Shown here: positions 8,821 to 17,379 of the stretch, in pieces
Layout of the letters: each line of letters opens with the position of its first letter
Numbering within the stretch: the stretch's first letter is position 1
Source of the DNA: Opitutales bacterium
GTDB taxonomy: Bacteria > Verrucomicrobiota > Verrucomicrobiia > Opitutales > Seribacteraceae
DNA: 63,110 bases
NCBI GenBank assembly: GCA_038150505.1
Contig: JAYOTQ010000001.1
Coordinates: forward strand, 3,538-66,647
Direction: 5' to 3'
The notes under the pieces: generated by a model
Databases searched by the model: none
What the model was told of the DNA's origin: nothing
What the model saw: only the letters and a program-made list of their open reading frames with translations
Made by a program: the position numbers and the translations under genes

Positions 8821-9501
8821 CTAGTTTTGCAATTGGAAGCGAATCGTTACTGGAAAATCTACCGGGGGCATTCTTTGTTCATTTGCGATCCAGACATCAT
8901 CGGAATGACTCTGTAAATCTCTGCTGTTAAGAGTGGCCCGCGAATCGTGGTAAATTGCCACAATGGAACCATCCATCTGTGCCAGATAAGTTCCTTCGAT
9001 TACTTTTGAACCTGTAAAAACAAATGCATGTTTATTTAGCTCCCGGTTATCGTTTTGGTTAGTCACCATAGTATGAATTAAAGCGGACTCAAGGGTACCA
9101 TTTTGTTCCCACTCTACCACAATGTCTATGCCTCGTGCCTGAGATATTTTGGTAGAATTCTTTTCGAGGTAAGCGAAAAATTGATACTCGGGCTTTTCTT
9201 TGAGTAAAAGCAAACAGGCGTGGATCATTCTTGGGCTAATATCCGTTCTCATCAAGGACTCATGCGTTTTCCCATTTTGATGAACCAAGGCGTATTCAAC
9301 CAGTCCACTTGTCTGGTTGCAGACAGCCGGAAAGGAAAAGCTTTTTTTCTCTTTATCGATTAGAATACCACCAAATTGATACAGACCTGACTCTGTTTTT
9401 TTAACCGGAGGGAATTCACTGGTTTTTTCTGCTAAGAGAGCAATCTTCATGATCGAGCCAACCAGTAAGAAACAAAAAGCATTTCTGGATCGAATAAACA
9501 T
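8821..9501 (-). CDS. YdjY-like domain protein, exported
   Basis: Motifs LVEYALV..GKTHESLMRT, IHACLLLL, FVFTGS, GSIVAIY resemble the YdjY family; hydrophobic N-terminus. Confidence 0.7.
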   Translation of the reverse strand: MFIRSRNAFCFLLVGSIMKIALLAEKTSEFPPVKKTESGLYQFGGILIDKEKKSFSFPAVCNQTSGLVEYALVHQNGKTHESLMRTDISPRMIHACLLLLKEKPEYQFFAYLEKNSTKISQARGIDIVVEWEQNGTLESALIHTMVTNQNDNRELNKHAFVFTGSKVIEGTYLAQMDGSIVAIYHDSRATLNSRDLQSHSDDVWIANEQRMPPVDFPVTIRFQLQN

Positions 9502-9661
9502 ATCCCTTTAAAACAGATGCGAGTTTGCTCAAAGTCAATTGGTTCAGATGGAAAAGTGAAAATTTTTGCAGGCAAATATCAAGACATCCACTCTTCTGTG
9601 CTTGCTTGACCTTAGTTGTTCTTTATCGATAGGTTAATTATATAAATTCCCTACCTGCCTA

Positions 9662-11260
9662 ATGATCATGGAAGAAGACCCTGAAAACCAAGAAGAAGCC
9701 GACTACGAAGAAGATACCGATTTTGACATGGAAGAGGATTCTACTTCAGTTACCGAAGTTCCTCCCACGGAAGGTGCGTTTGGTAAGTATCTCCGGGAGT
9801 ACAGACTGCTCAATAGCTTACTACTGTCTCTTGGAATCATTGTAGGAATTATCGGTTTTATGCTCGCTTGGACCATCGTGGTGAATGTTGGGGAAGAAGG
9901 AGACTCGGACTTTGGCGAAGCTGGCCCACCTGCGGCTCAACAACAACAGCAAGTACAAAAACAGATGCAGAAGTTGATGCAACGGCAGAAAAAAGCAACC
10001 CCTTCATCCAAATCTGAATTTAAAACAACAACCATCTCGGAAATTGCTCTTCCCGATTTTAATGAGCTGGATGTTAAGGACCTCGCTCCTGTTGTCGAAG
10101 CTGCTCCTCCACAAATGTCACAGGCAAGCATGAACAACCAGGCCATGAAAAGTGCACTCAAAGGTATCAGCATGAGCCTGCCTAAGGTAATGCAGCAGCG
10201 TTGCGATCCCAAGAAGCGTGTCGAACGGTTACGCTCAGGTGGTGGTAAAGACATGACTGAAGATGCCATTGTCAGGGGGTTGAATTGGTTAAAGAGCGTC
10301 CAAGACTCGGACGGCGGCTGGGGCAAACAAGATAAAGATGATAAGGGTGAAAAGTATGGTGGATCTCCAGAACACAGGGATGCGATGACAGCGATGGCAC
10401 TGCTGGCATACTTAGGTCATTGCGAGCTGCAGGACTCCCCTGAATTTGGCGATTCTGTTAAAAGAGGTATTGACTTCCTTACATCTACTCCACCCGACAA
10501 ACTTGGAAATTACGACGGTAGCGGAAAGTTTTTAGGCCTTAAAGGGGGAGGAAACAAGGGATCGTATGCACACCCCATACGAACATATGCTTTAAGCGAA
10601 GCATACACCATGACCAAGATCCCTAAACTCAAGGAGTATGCTCGAAGAGCTACGAAACTTCTTATCGATGGTCAAAATCCAAATGGCGGTTGGGCATACG
10701 GATTTGGACAGGGAGTGGGAGCTCATGTGGATTTATCTGTAACGGGTTGGTGCATCCAAGCCCTAAAAGCCTTTGCTTTGACTGGTATATCTGATCCTCA
10801 AGTAGATGAAGCGATGGATAAAGCCATCGATTATGTGAAAAAATGCCAAGATTCAGCGGGTCGTTTTAAATACACGCTCGATAAAACAACTGGTAGCAAC
10901 AGCCTTACCGGTACTGGTATCTTGTCCCTTCAAATCTGGAAGAACGCTAAATCTCCAGAGGCGAAGAAAGGCTTAGAGTATATTGTCGAGAATCGGCTTT
11001 TTGAGGATTGGAAGAAAGTTAATGTTTATGAATGGTATTACCACGCCCAGGCATGCTTTCAATCTACTGGTGTGGGTAGCAGCAAATACTGGAGAGAATG
11101 GAATAAAAACTTTCAACAAGTTGTTGTAAAAGCACAGGAATCAGACGGCCATTGGCCACATGGAGCTCATTATCATGGAGACTCCGATATTTACCGAACA
11201 ACCATGACCATCCTTATGTTAGAGGTATATTATCGTTATGCACCAATGACTAAAGTGTAG
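9662..11260 (+). CDS. Membrane-anchored prenyltransferase/squalene oxidase-repeat protein
   Basis: Acidic N-terminus, one TM helix, Q/P-rich linker, then repeats GLNWLKSVQDSDGGW, GQNPNGGWAY, CQDSAGRFKY, AQESDGHW; DLSVTGW motif; ends LEVYYRYAP. Confidence 0.85.
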   Translation: MIMEEDPENQEEADYEEDTDFDMEEDSTSVTEVPPTEGAFGKYLREYRLLNSLLLSLGIIVGIIGFMLAWTIVVNVGEEGDSDFGEAGPPAAQQQQQVQKQMQKLMQRQKKATPSSKSEFKTTTISEIALPDFNELDVKDLAPVVEAAPPQMSQASMNNQAMKSALKGISMSLPKVMQQRCDPKKRVERLRSGGGKDMTEDAIVRGLNWLKSVQDSDGGWGKQDKDDKGEKYGGSPEHRDAMTAMALLAYLGHCELQDSPEFGDSVKRGIDFLTSTPPDKLGNYDGSGKFLGLKGGGNKGSYAHPIRTYALSEAYTMTKIPKLKEYARRATKLLIDGQNPNGGWAYGFGQGVGAHVDLSVTGWCIQALKAFALTGISDPQVDEAMDKAIDYVKKCQDSAGRFKYTLDKTTGSNSLTGTGILSLQIWKNAKSPEAKKGLEYIVENRLFEDWKKVNVYEWYYHAQACFQSTGVGSSKYWREWNKNFQQVVVKAQESDGHWPHGAHYHGDSDIYRTTMTILMLEVYYRYAPMTKV

Positions 11261-11311
11261 TTTTCTTCTTTCCTACCATACACCTCCATTACCACCCAAA
11301 ACATTCACGCC

Positions 11312-11767
11312 ATGAGACATCTATACCTCCTTATCATTCTTACCTTTGTATTTGTCACTCACTCCTATGGTGAAAAAAAAGAATCGAGGGAAATTACAAT
11401 TACTGGAAATGATGCAATGCAGTTTGATGTAAAAAAAATCGAGGTATCGTCTGGTGAAAAAATTAAGGTTACTTTTAAAAACATTGGATCTATGCCCAAA
11501 ATTGCTATGGGTCATAATTGGGTACTTTTGAATAAAGATACCGATGCTCTGGCATTCGGTCAAAAAGTACTTGCTTCCGGTGGAAGTGCGACCAATGCAC
11601 TTCCCAAATCCCTGCTCGGAGAAGTTATTGCCCATACCCAGGTTCTGGGGCCAGGCGAATCAGAATCTGTTACCTTTGATACTCCCAGTGAAAAAGGTGA
11701 GTATGAATATGTATGCACATTTCCTGGTCACTTCGCGATGATGCGCGGTGTGTTGGAAGTAAAATAG
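11312..11767 (+). CDS. Azurin/auracyanin-like type-1 blue copper protein
   Basis: Signal peptide; MGHNWVL and YVCTFPGHFAMM supply the His, Cys, His, Met ligands. Confidence 0.93.
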   Translation: MRHLYLLIILTFVFVTHSYGEKKESREITITGNDAMQFDVKKIEVSSGEKIKVTFKNIGSMPKIAMGHNWVLLNKDTDALAFGQKVLASGGSATNALPKSLLGEVIAHTQVLGPGESESVTFDTPSEKGEYEYVCTFPGHFAMMRGVLEVK

Positions 11768-11816
11768 CCTGCAAGCACACTTCTCCCACTAAGAAGTACC
11801 TCTATGTTTCCTGCAC

Positions 11817-13538
11817 GTGTCCCACTCCTCTAAAGAAGCAAATCTCTTAGAAAAGGCTCAAGGCCGTGGGGGAATCCATAAGTTTATTGGCTTTAGCAAG
11901 ATAAGTGGTCCCGGCATCTGGCTGGCTCTCGCTTCTTTAAGTGCAGGCTCTCTGGTCGGTTCCATTGGACTCGGGCAGTGGTTGGGTGCAGGGGGACTTT
12001 GGGTGCAAGCATTTGCCATGCTTCTTGGAGTATTTTCCTTATGGGCGATCAGCCAAATTGTCCTGAATACCCAACAGAGTTTGTTCTCCCTCATGAAAAA
12101 TGACTGGAACCCATCGTTAGCCTGGTGGTTTGGGGCATCAGCCCTGATTACAAACTTTGCATGGTGTATGCCCCAATTTCGTTTTGGTGCTGAGATTACC
12201 GGTTCCGTATTGATGCCTTTTCTGGATAATAAAGGAGGTAAAATTGGGGTCGCTTTTGTGATGCTTTGCTTTTCAATCTTCCTTTCCTTTTGGTACGAGC
12301 GTTCCGGTCTGAATTCCAAATTAATTCAATGGGTATTTCGAATCATTCTACTTTCCATAATCACATGCTTAGTGCTTTCAATATGGATGGTTTTGCCAGG
12401 CTCTAACCTTTCTTGGGTGCAAATACTGTCTGGTTTTGTCCCCGACGTAGATGTTATCTCTAAAGCATCTACCCCATTTGAAAACCTGCTGGATCAAACC
12501 GGAGAATTTCGATCCTTTTGGGAGGATAAACTAGTCGCTCGGCAAAAAGATCTCACCCTGATCACCTTTTCTTCCGCCCTTGGGGTAAATCTGTTGTTTG
12601 CCCTGCCTCTTTTGCTTTTGGGAAGAGGTTGGCGGAGAAGACATAACCAATTTGCAAAATTTAATTTATTCTTTGGGTTGCTCCTCCCCTTCGTTCTTTG
12701 CTCATCCTGCCTGACAATTTTATCGGCAGTCGCTCACCAAAAAATGCTCCAAAGTTTTACGGATGATTCTAAAGATGTTTCCGTTTCTACCGAAATACAC
12801 CAAGATTCAGTTCATCACTTATTAAGAGAAAGGATTACTCTTGAAATCGGGAAGGGAAATTTTGATAAGCTTCCTCCTTTCCAGCAGGAAGAATTGGTGG
12901 CCTCTCTGCCACAAGCTGAATTGCATCTCGCCCAAGTTGTAACCCCTACTGACACCAAGAAATGGATTCATTTACTCAGTCGTTCCAACAATCATTCGGT
13001 GCAGTACTTACTGGGCCTGACCGTTCTTTTGCTTTCATTTTCTACAATCGTTGTGTTGATGGTTTTAAATGGTCATTTGGTTTGTGAAATTATGGGAAAA
13101 CCTCACAAAGGTGCACCCTTTCAATCAGGATCGCTGTTGCTTGCTATCACTTCAGTCGGTCCCTTTGTATGGTCCAACCAAGATGGATGGGTGGCCGACC
13201 CGTCCTATTTCTTAAGTTTAGCCATTCTCCCCTATGTACTCCTTTCTTTCCTGCTCATGCTTAACAGCAAAGAAATGCTCGGTAGGCAATGCCCTCAAGG
13301 CATTAAGGGCATGGCAATCAACCTTGGGGCCAGTCTTTCTTTTCTTTTCCTCGGCAGTAGCTCTTTTTACCTTGTATGGAACCACAACTGGGGAAATTTT
13401 CCAGTCGGGCAGGCATTGGTCACTTTGATCGGCGTGCTCGTGCTAATCGGCTATTTTTCACTTAAAAATAAAAAGCTTTCCCAACGATTGAGTGGTTTGG
13501 AAGCGAGGTTGCAAAAAGCTGAAAAGTTAAATCAATAA
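11817..13538 (+). CDS. Divergent NRAMP-like (APC-fold) membrane transporter
   Basis: About 11-12 hydrophobic segments; SGPG at TM1, NFAWCMPQF, ALGVN; large soluble insert; no DPGN motif. Confidence 0.65.
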   Translation: MSHSSKEANLLEKAQGRGGIHKFIGFSKISGPGIWLALASLSAGSLVGSIGLGQWLGAGGLWVQAFAMLLGVFSLWAISQIVLNTQQSLFSLMKNDWNPSLAWWFGASALITNFAWCMPQFRFGAEITGSVLMPFLDNKGGKIGVAFVMLCFSIFLSFWYERSGLNSKLIQWVFRIILLSIITCLVLSIWMVLPGSNLSWVQILSGFVPDVDVISKASTPFENLLDQTGEFRSFWEDKLVARQKDLTLITFSSALGVNLLFALPLLLLGRGWRRRHNQFAKFNLFFGLLLPFVLCSSCLTILSAVAHQKMLQSFTDDSKDVSVSTEIHQDSVHHLLRERITLEIGKGNFDKLPPFQQEELVASLPQAELHLAQVVTPTDTKKWIHLLSRSNNHSVQYLLGLTVLLLSFSTIVVLMVLNGHLVCEIMGKPHKGAPFQSGSLLLAITSVGPFVWSNQDGWVADPSYFLSLAILPYVLLSFLLMLNSKEMLGRQCPQGIKGMAINLGASLSFLFLGSSSFYLVWNHNWGNFPVGQALVTLIGVLVLIGYFSLKNKKLSQRLSGLEARLQKAEKLNQ

Positions 13539-13555
13539 TTGAGAGCCGTTTAGTT

Positions 13556-13927
13556 TCACTTGTTTGAATTTTCCAGAGGGATCCATTTACGAACCTCGCC
13601 TTTTGGACCGATCTTAGAATACAATACCCAAGCTTTTCCTGTCGTGGTATCCAGTTTGATCAACCTTTTATACAAAAAGGGCTTAGCATCCTGAGAGTAA
13701 TACTCTCCGCTCATTATCAGATACTTACCATTTTGACTTGAACCACCCCCAAAGCTTGGTGGTGGAGGTATACTTAAGGGTAAGTTGGGGGGTCTATTAT
13801 TAGGTTTCGGTTGTGCAAGCAGAGCAAACGGTAAGACTAAAGAAAGTCCAATAACAGGAGACAAGATTTTCCAGGAGTTCAAAAACATCATCAATACCAC
13901 ATACTTCATTTTACTTGCTTTATTCAA
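13556..13927 (-). CDS. Small exported hypothetical protein
   Basis: Hydrophobic N-terminus, Pro-rich linker, KLDTTTGKAWVL beta-hairpin; exact start uncertain. Confidence 0.6.
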   Translation of the reverse strand: MNKASKMKYVVLMMFLNSWKILSPVIGLSLVLPFALLAQPKPNNRPPNLPLSIPPPPSFGGGSSQNGKYLIMSGEYYSQDAKPFLYKRLIKLDTTTGKAWVLYSKIGPKGEVRKWIPLENSNK

Positions 13928-13932
13928 ACCTT

Positions 13933-13976
13933 AAACAAAGAGAGCTCCCCCGGTCTTGCCCAAACCGGGAGAGCTT
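13933..13976 (-). terminator. Intrinsic terminator-like hairpin with no upstream ORF on its strand
   Basis: Minus strand AGCTCTCCCGGT-TTGGGCAAG-ACCGGGGGAGCT: 12-bp stem with one G-U pair, followed by CTCTTTGTTT. Confidence 0.65.
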
Positions 13977-14193
13977 GAGTGAACAATAATGTTCGATAAT
14001 AGTTCAAAATATTTCTAATTTTTTGGCAACTTTATATTGAGAATACAGTAATTTTTTTAACAAATTTTTTAATACGTATTTATAATGATTATATATACTT
14101 TAAAATAAACTTTTAATGTTTAATTTGTTAAAGTAGGATTTAGACTTAAAATTTTCATTGCTCATATCTAATTGCATGCTACGAAGGGAATAA

Positions 14194-14817
14194 GTGTCTA
14201 GTATTTTTGCATTTGGTAAACGAATTGCCCGGAGAGAGCATCCTTGGATTGCAATGCTTATATTGAGTGTGTTCAGCGGATGCAGCGGCTCTGTGAGTTC
14301 GATACCCGATGCACCACCTCCCTACCCAAGCTTTCCCATTCCTCAGGAAAGATATAATTCCGCACAGGTGTATGGTGGTCAAAACCTGCCAACCTCCTAC
14401 ACACCACCCTATTCCCCACCAAGTGGATCCTACCAGCAGCCTCCTGCACCCACTTTTTACACCCCTCCGCCTTCTGCACCGCCCACACAACCCAATCTTT
14501 CCGCTCGTCCATCCCATAAATACACGCCTCCCGCACCAAACCGCTTCAGTAGCAAACCTAATCGGAGTTCTCAGTCTTCTAACTACACTCTGAAAGCGAA
14601 CGCTGACCTATGGGCATTGGTTCAAAATGCCAAGGGAGTGGAACTAGAGTGGTTAAAGATGAAAGCCGGAGATTCCACCGAACTTAACTACAGTGAAGAT
14701 CTGACCATCACATGCTCTTCTGGAAATCAACTGGTTATCGTCGATAACAAAGGTAAACAAATTGATACCAACCCGAATTCTAGCGGGATATCCATTGTTA
14801 GGCTATCCCATAACTAG
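14194..14817 (+). CDS. Pro-rich lipoprotein with C-terminal RodZ-like (DUF4115-type) domain
   Basis: Lipobox-like VFSGC; about 100-aa P/Y/S-rich linker; C-terminus YTLKANADLWALVQNAKG...KAGD...LTITCSSGNQLVI resembles the RodZ periplasmic domain. Confidence 0.6.
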   Translation: MSSIFAFGKRIARREHPWIAMLILSVFSGCSGSVSSIPDAPPPYPSFPIPQERYNSAQVYGGQNLPTSYTPPYSPPSGSYQQPPAPTFYTPPPSAPPTQPNLSARPSHKYTPPAPNRFSSKPNRSSQSSNYTLKANADLWALVQNAKGVELEWLKMKAGDSTELNYSEDLTITCSSGNQLVIVDNKGKQIDTNPNSSGISIVRLSHN

Positions 14818-14850
14818 TCTCGGTAACCCCGGAGTTGGGATTACCAGAGA
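14818..14850. terminator. Hairpin between convergent genes
   Basis: tctcggtaacccc-ggagtt-gggattaccagaga imperfect inverted repeat filling the gap between two stop codons. Confidence 0.5.
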
Positions 14851-14853
14851 GAA

Positions 14854-15240
14854 TTATTGCTCTGCTGAAAGTTGAACGGGCGGGTCAGACAAAGTCACAT
14901 CTACTTTAGAACATTTGCCCTGCAAAAAATAAAAGGTAACAAGGCTCCATTCAAAAACCTTGTCAGATTCATCATCTAACACTGGCCTACGGTAGTCCCA
15001 AAGATAATAACCGTCTTGTCCGAGTGTTCTCCCCTCGGGCACTCCCATCAATTCCTCTACCTCAATTTGGTTTTTTCCAACCATAAGGTATTGGAGGTTA
15101 AATTTTTGTAAGGGCCTCTCTTCCGTTCTTTGAACGGTGAGAAGTGAGCCGTTTTTTTCACCACCTAGCCTATTTTTTTGGCATCCACAAAGGGTAGCAA
15201 ACAAAAGTGCAAAAACAAAAATAGACTTAGTTTTGAACAT
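14854..15240 (-). CDS. Small lipoprotein, SmpA/OmlA (BamE-like) fold
   Basis: Lipobox TLCGC; MVGKNQIEVEELMGVP...WDY pattern. Confidence 0.6.
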   Translation of the reverse strand: MFKTKSIFVFALLFATLCGCQKNRLGGEKNGSLLTVQRTEERPLQKFNLQYLMVGKNQIEVEELMGVPEGRTLGQDGYYLWDYRRPVLDDESDKVFEWSLVTFYFLQGKCSKVDVTLSDPPVQLSAEQ

Positions 15241-15251
15241 GAAAATTAAAA

Positions 15252-15344
15252 TGGCGGAGAGAACGGGATTCGAACCCGTGGAGGAACGATTAGCTCCTCA
15301 CCGGTTTAGCAAACCAGCGCATTCGACCACTCTGCCATCTCTCC
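15252..15344 (-). tRNA. tRNA-Ser(GCT)
   Basis: Reverse complement GGAGAGATGGCAGAGTGG...CTGGT-TTGCTAA-ACCGG, long variable arm, GGTTCGAATCC, ends CTCTCCGCCA with CCA encoded. Confidence 0.97.
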
Positions 15345-15396
15345 AAACTCCATTCTTATATTCCAACTGAATGAGTTGGTAAATATCAAAAGCATC

Positions 15397-16812
15397 TTAC
15401 CTAATTATTTTACGGAGTGATTCTAGGTTTTTTTTCGCCAAAGCATCGCCCCCATTCGCAGCGACCTCCAACCATTTTAAGGCTTGCTCCGCATCTTTGC
15501 TTACACCTTTACCCCGAAGATACATGATACCGAGATAGCGTGCCGCCTCGGCATCTCCCTGTTTTGCACAGTACTCAAAATCATTCAGTGCTTGTTGAAG
15601 GGAGATGTTCGAGGATCGTCCCCAATAAATTTTTTTGGCACCTTCTCTTCTCTGTGCCACAGAAGGGTCATTTTTATTTGCTGTAATTGGACGAGCAGTA
15701 GAAACATCTGGCTGGATTATGGAGTTTTCCTTGGTTGTTTTTTCACTGACTTCAGTCTTTTCCTCTCCCTCAACCTTGGTCAAATTTTGGGAATAAGCTG
15801 ATGGCAATCGAAGCGTTTTGGCAGGAGGAGGAGTTATTTTTTCGGGAACAACTGAAGGGATTGGTTCATTGGGTTCTTTCTCGGTACTGGATAGCGATTG
15901 TTTCAATAGTTCATCACTTCCAGAATCGGTACTGGGGTTAAATAACTCCTGGTATTCATTCATCTTTTCTTTGGCCCCATCATGATGAATTTCCACGGCT
16001 TTTTGGATATATTCCATCGCCAAATCTTCTTTTCTTTCACCCACCACTCCATAGGCATAAAAATCGGCAACCCTTACTTGAGCAGCCCCATACCCTCGGT
16101 CAGCGGCTGCTTGAAAATGAACTAAGGCTAGTTCTTTATCCTGGCTTACACCACGACCCTCCAAAAAACATTCCCCTAAATAATGGTGAGCAGCAGGTAG
16201 CTTTTGATCGATTCCTTTTTGCAGGAGTGATACCCCCCTCTTTATCTCGTCCGATTCATGAGTAAAGGAGTTCGCAAGCCCATGAATTTTGATCAATGCA
16301 CTTTGAACACAGGCGGGAGCAAAACCAGCTTCAGCAGAAATTTCATAATATTGGGAAGCCATATTCATATCTGGGTTTAGTACAGTCTGTATTTCCTCAG
16401 AAATAAAAATTTCGGCCAATACATAACTGGCAACGGGGTCGCCCATAGCAGCTTGTTTAATTACTATACCGTCGGGGTCACGAAACGATTTGAGCAAATA
16501 CTTAGCGACCATTTTAGGATCTGGACCAATCGGTTTATATCTGGACAAAACTCCCAAAACAAAATTACCCAACCAATGTCCACGGCTGGCAGAGTTTTCT
16601 GCGTAGAAGCGAGATTCTAATTGAGAAACCATCAAGCCTTTATCCCCATGGAGATGACATAATGCTAAAAATCCCTGAGCATAAGCATCTCCTGAATCGG
16701 CCGCTTCTGTGAGACTGGTTAAATCGGATGCCAACCAACGAGTGCCCTGATTTGCACAAATAACTTGATAAAGGAAAAAAAGAGGTAAAAGGTAGAGGAG
16801 AAATCGAAACAT
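15397..16812 (-). CDS. Sel1-like repeat protein, exported
   Basis: Repeats such as AHHYLGECFLEGRGVSQDKELA and AARYLGIMYLRGKGVSKDAEQALKW; signal peptide; alternative start 16833. Confidence 0.9.
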   Translation of the reverse strand: MFRFLLYLLPLFFLYQVICANQGTRWLASDLTSLTEAADSGDAYAQGFLALCHLHGDKGLMVSQLESRFYAENSASRGHWLGNFVLGVLSRYKPIGPDPKMVAKYLLKSFRDPDGIVIKQAAMGDPVASYVLAEIFISEEIQTVLNPDMNMASQYYEISAEAGFAPACVQSALIKIHGLANSFTHESDEIKRGVSLLQKGIDQKLPAAHHYLGECFLEGRGVSQDKELALVHFQAAADRGYGAAQVRVADFYAYGVVGERKEDLAMEYIQKAVEIHHDGAKEKMNEYQELFNPSTDSGSDELLKQSLSSTEKEPNEPIPSVVPEKITPPPAKTLRLPSAYSQNLTKVEGEEKTEVSEKTTKENSIIQPDVSTARPITANKNDPSVAQRREGAKKIYWGRSSNISLQQALNDFEYCAKQGDAEAARYLGIMYLRGKGVSKDAEQALKWLEVAANGGDALAKKNLESLRKIIR

Positions 16813-16905
16813 TTTACAAATACCCCCTACCATGCTAGAACATTTTCAATTAGCAAGTTCTCATTATTTGTGAACTATTATATGCTGTAAGTAAGAAAGA
16901 ATTTT

Positions 16906-17379
16906 ATGATCGAACCAACTGAAGGATCATCCACCCTCCGCAATCCAGGCAAAGAACCCATCAGGCAATTTGTTATTTATGCCGAGCATAAAGTTGGATG
17001 GCTCAATGATTTCATTTCTATGATCAATGACGAGAACATTGATATTCTGGCAATTTCGGTACTCGATACCACGGATAGTGCGGTAATTAGGCTCATTTCT
17101 AATTACCCCAAAGACCTGGCCCGTTTATTGAAAAGCTTATCAATCAGCTTTACAGAAAGAATCGTTTTAGCGGTGGAGTTGGCAAAGGAAGATTCTTTCC
17201 AAGTGCTAACCAAGGCTCTTCTTATGGCAGAAATCAACATACATTATGTTTACTCGTTTATGCATCAGCCTAATGGAAAACCAGTTGTCGCCATTGCTAT
17301 GGAAGATGAAGATACCGGGGAAGATGTACTAAACTCCCACCACTTAAAGGTATTGTCGCAGGACGAACTGATTCGTTAA
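16906..17379 (+). CDS. Tandem ACT-domain protein
   Basis: QFVIYAEHKVGWL...INILAISVLDT-type first repeat and EINIHYVYSF second repeat. Confidence 0.85.
   Translation: MIEPTEGSSTLRNPGKEPIRQFVIYAEHKVGWLNDFISMINDENIDILAISVLDTTDSAVIRLISNYPKDLARLLKSLSISFTERIVLAVELAKEDSFQVLTKALLMAEINIHYVYSFMHQPNGKPVVAIAMEDEDTGEDVLNSHHLKVLSQDELIR

Noticed and set aside
7647-11260. Calling the two QW-repeat proteins squalene-hopene cyclases (hopanoid synthesis)
   Set aside because: Each has only one barrel, lacks DXDD, appears exported, and no hpn genes are nearby.
13556-15344. Integrated element at tRNA-Ser (also considered for tRNA-Lys and tRNA-Val)
   Set aside because: No integrase, transposase, phage gene or duplicated tRNA 3' end was found by eye.
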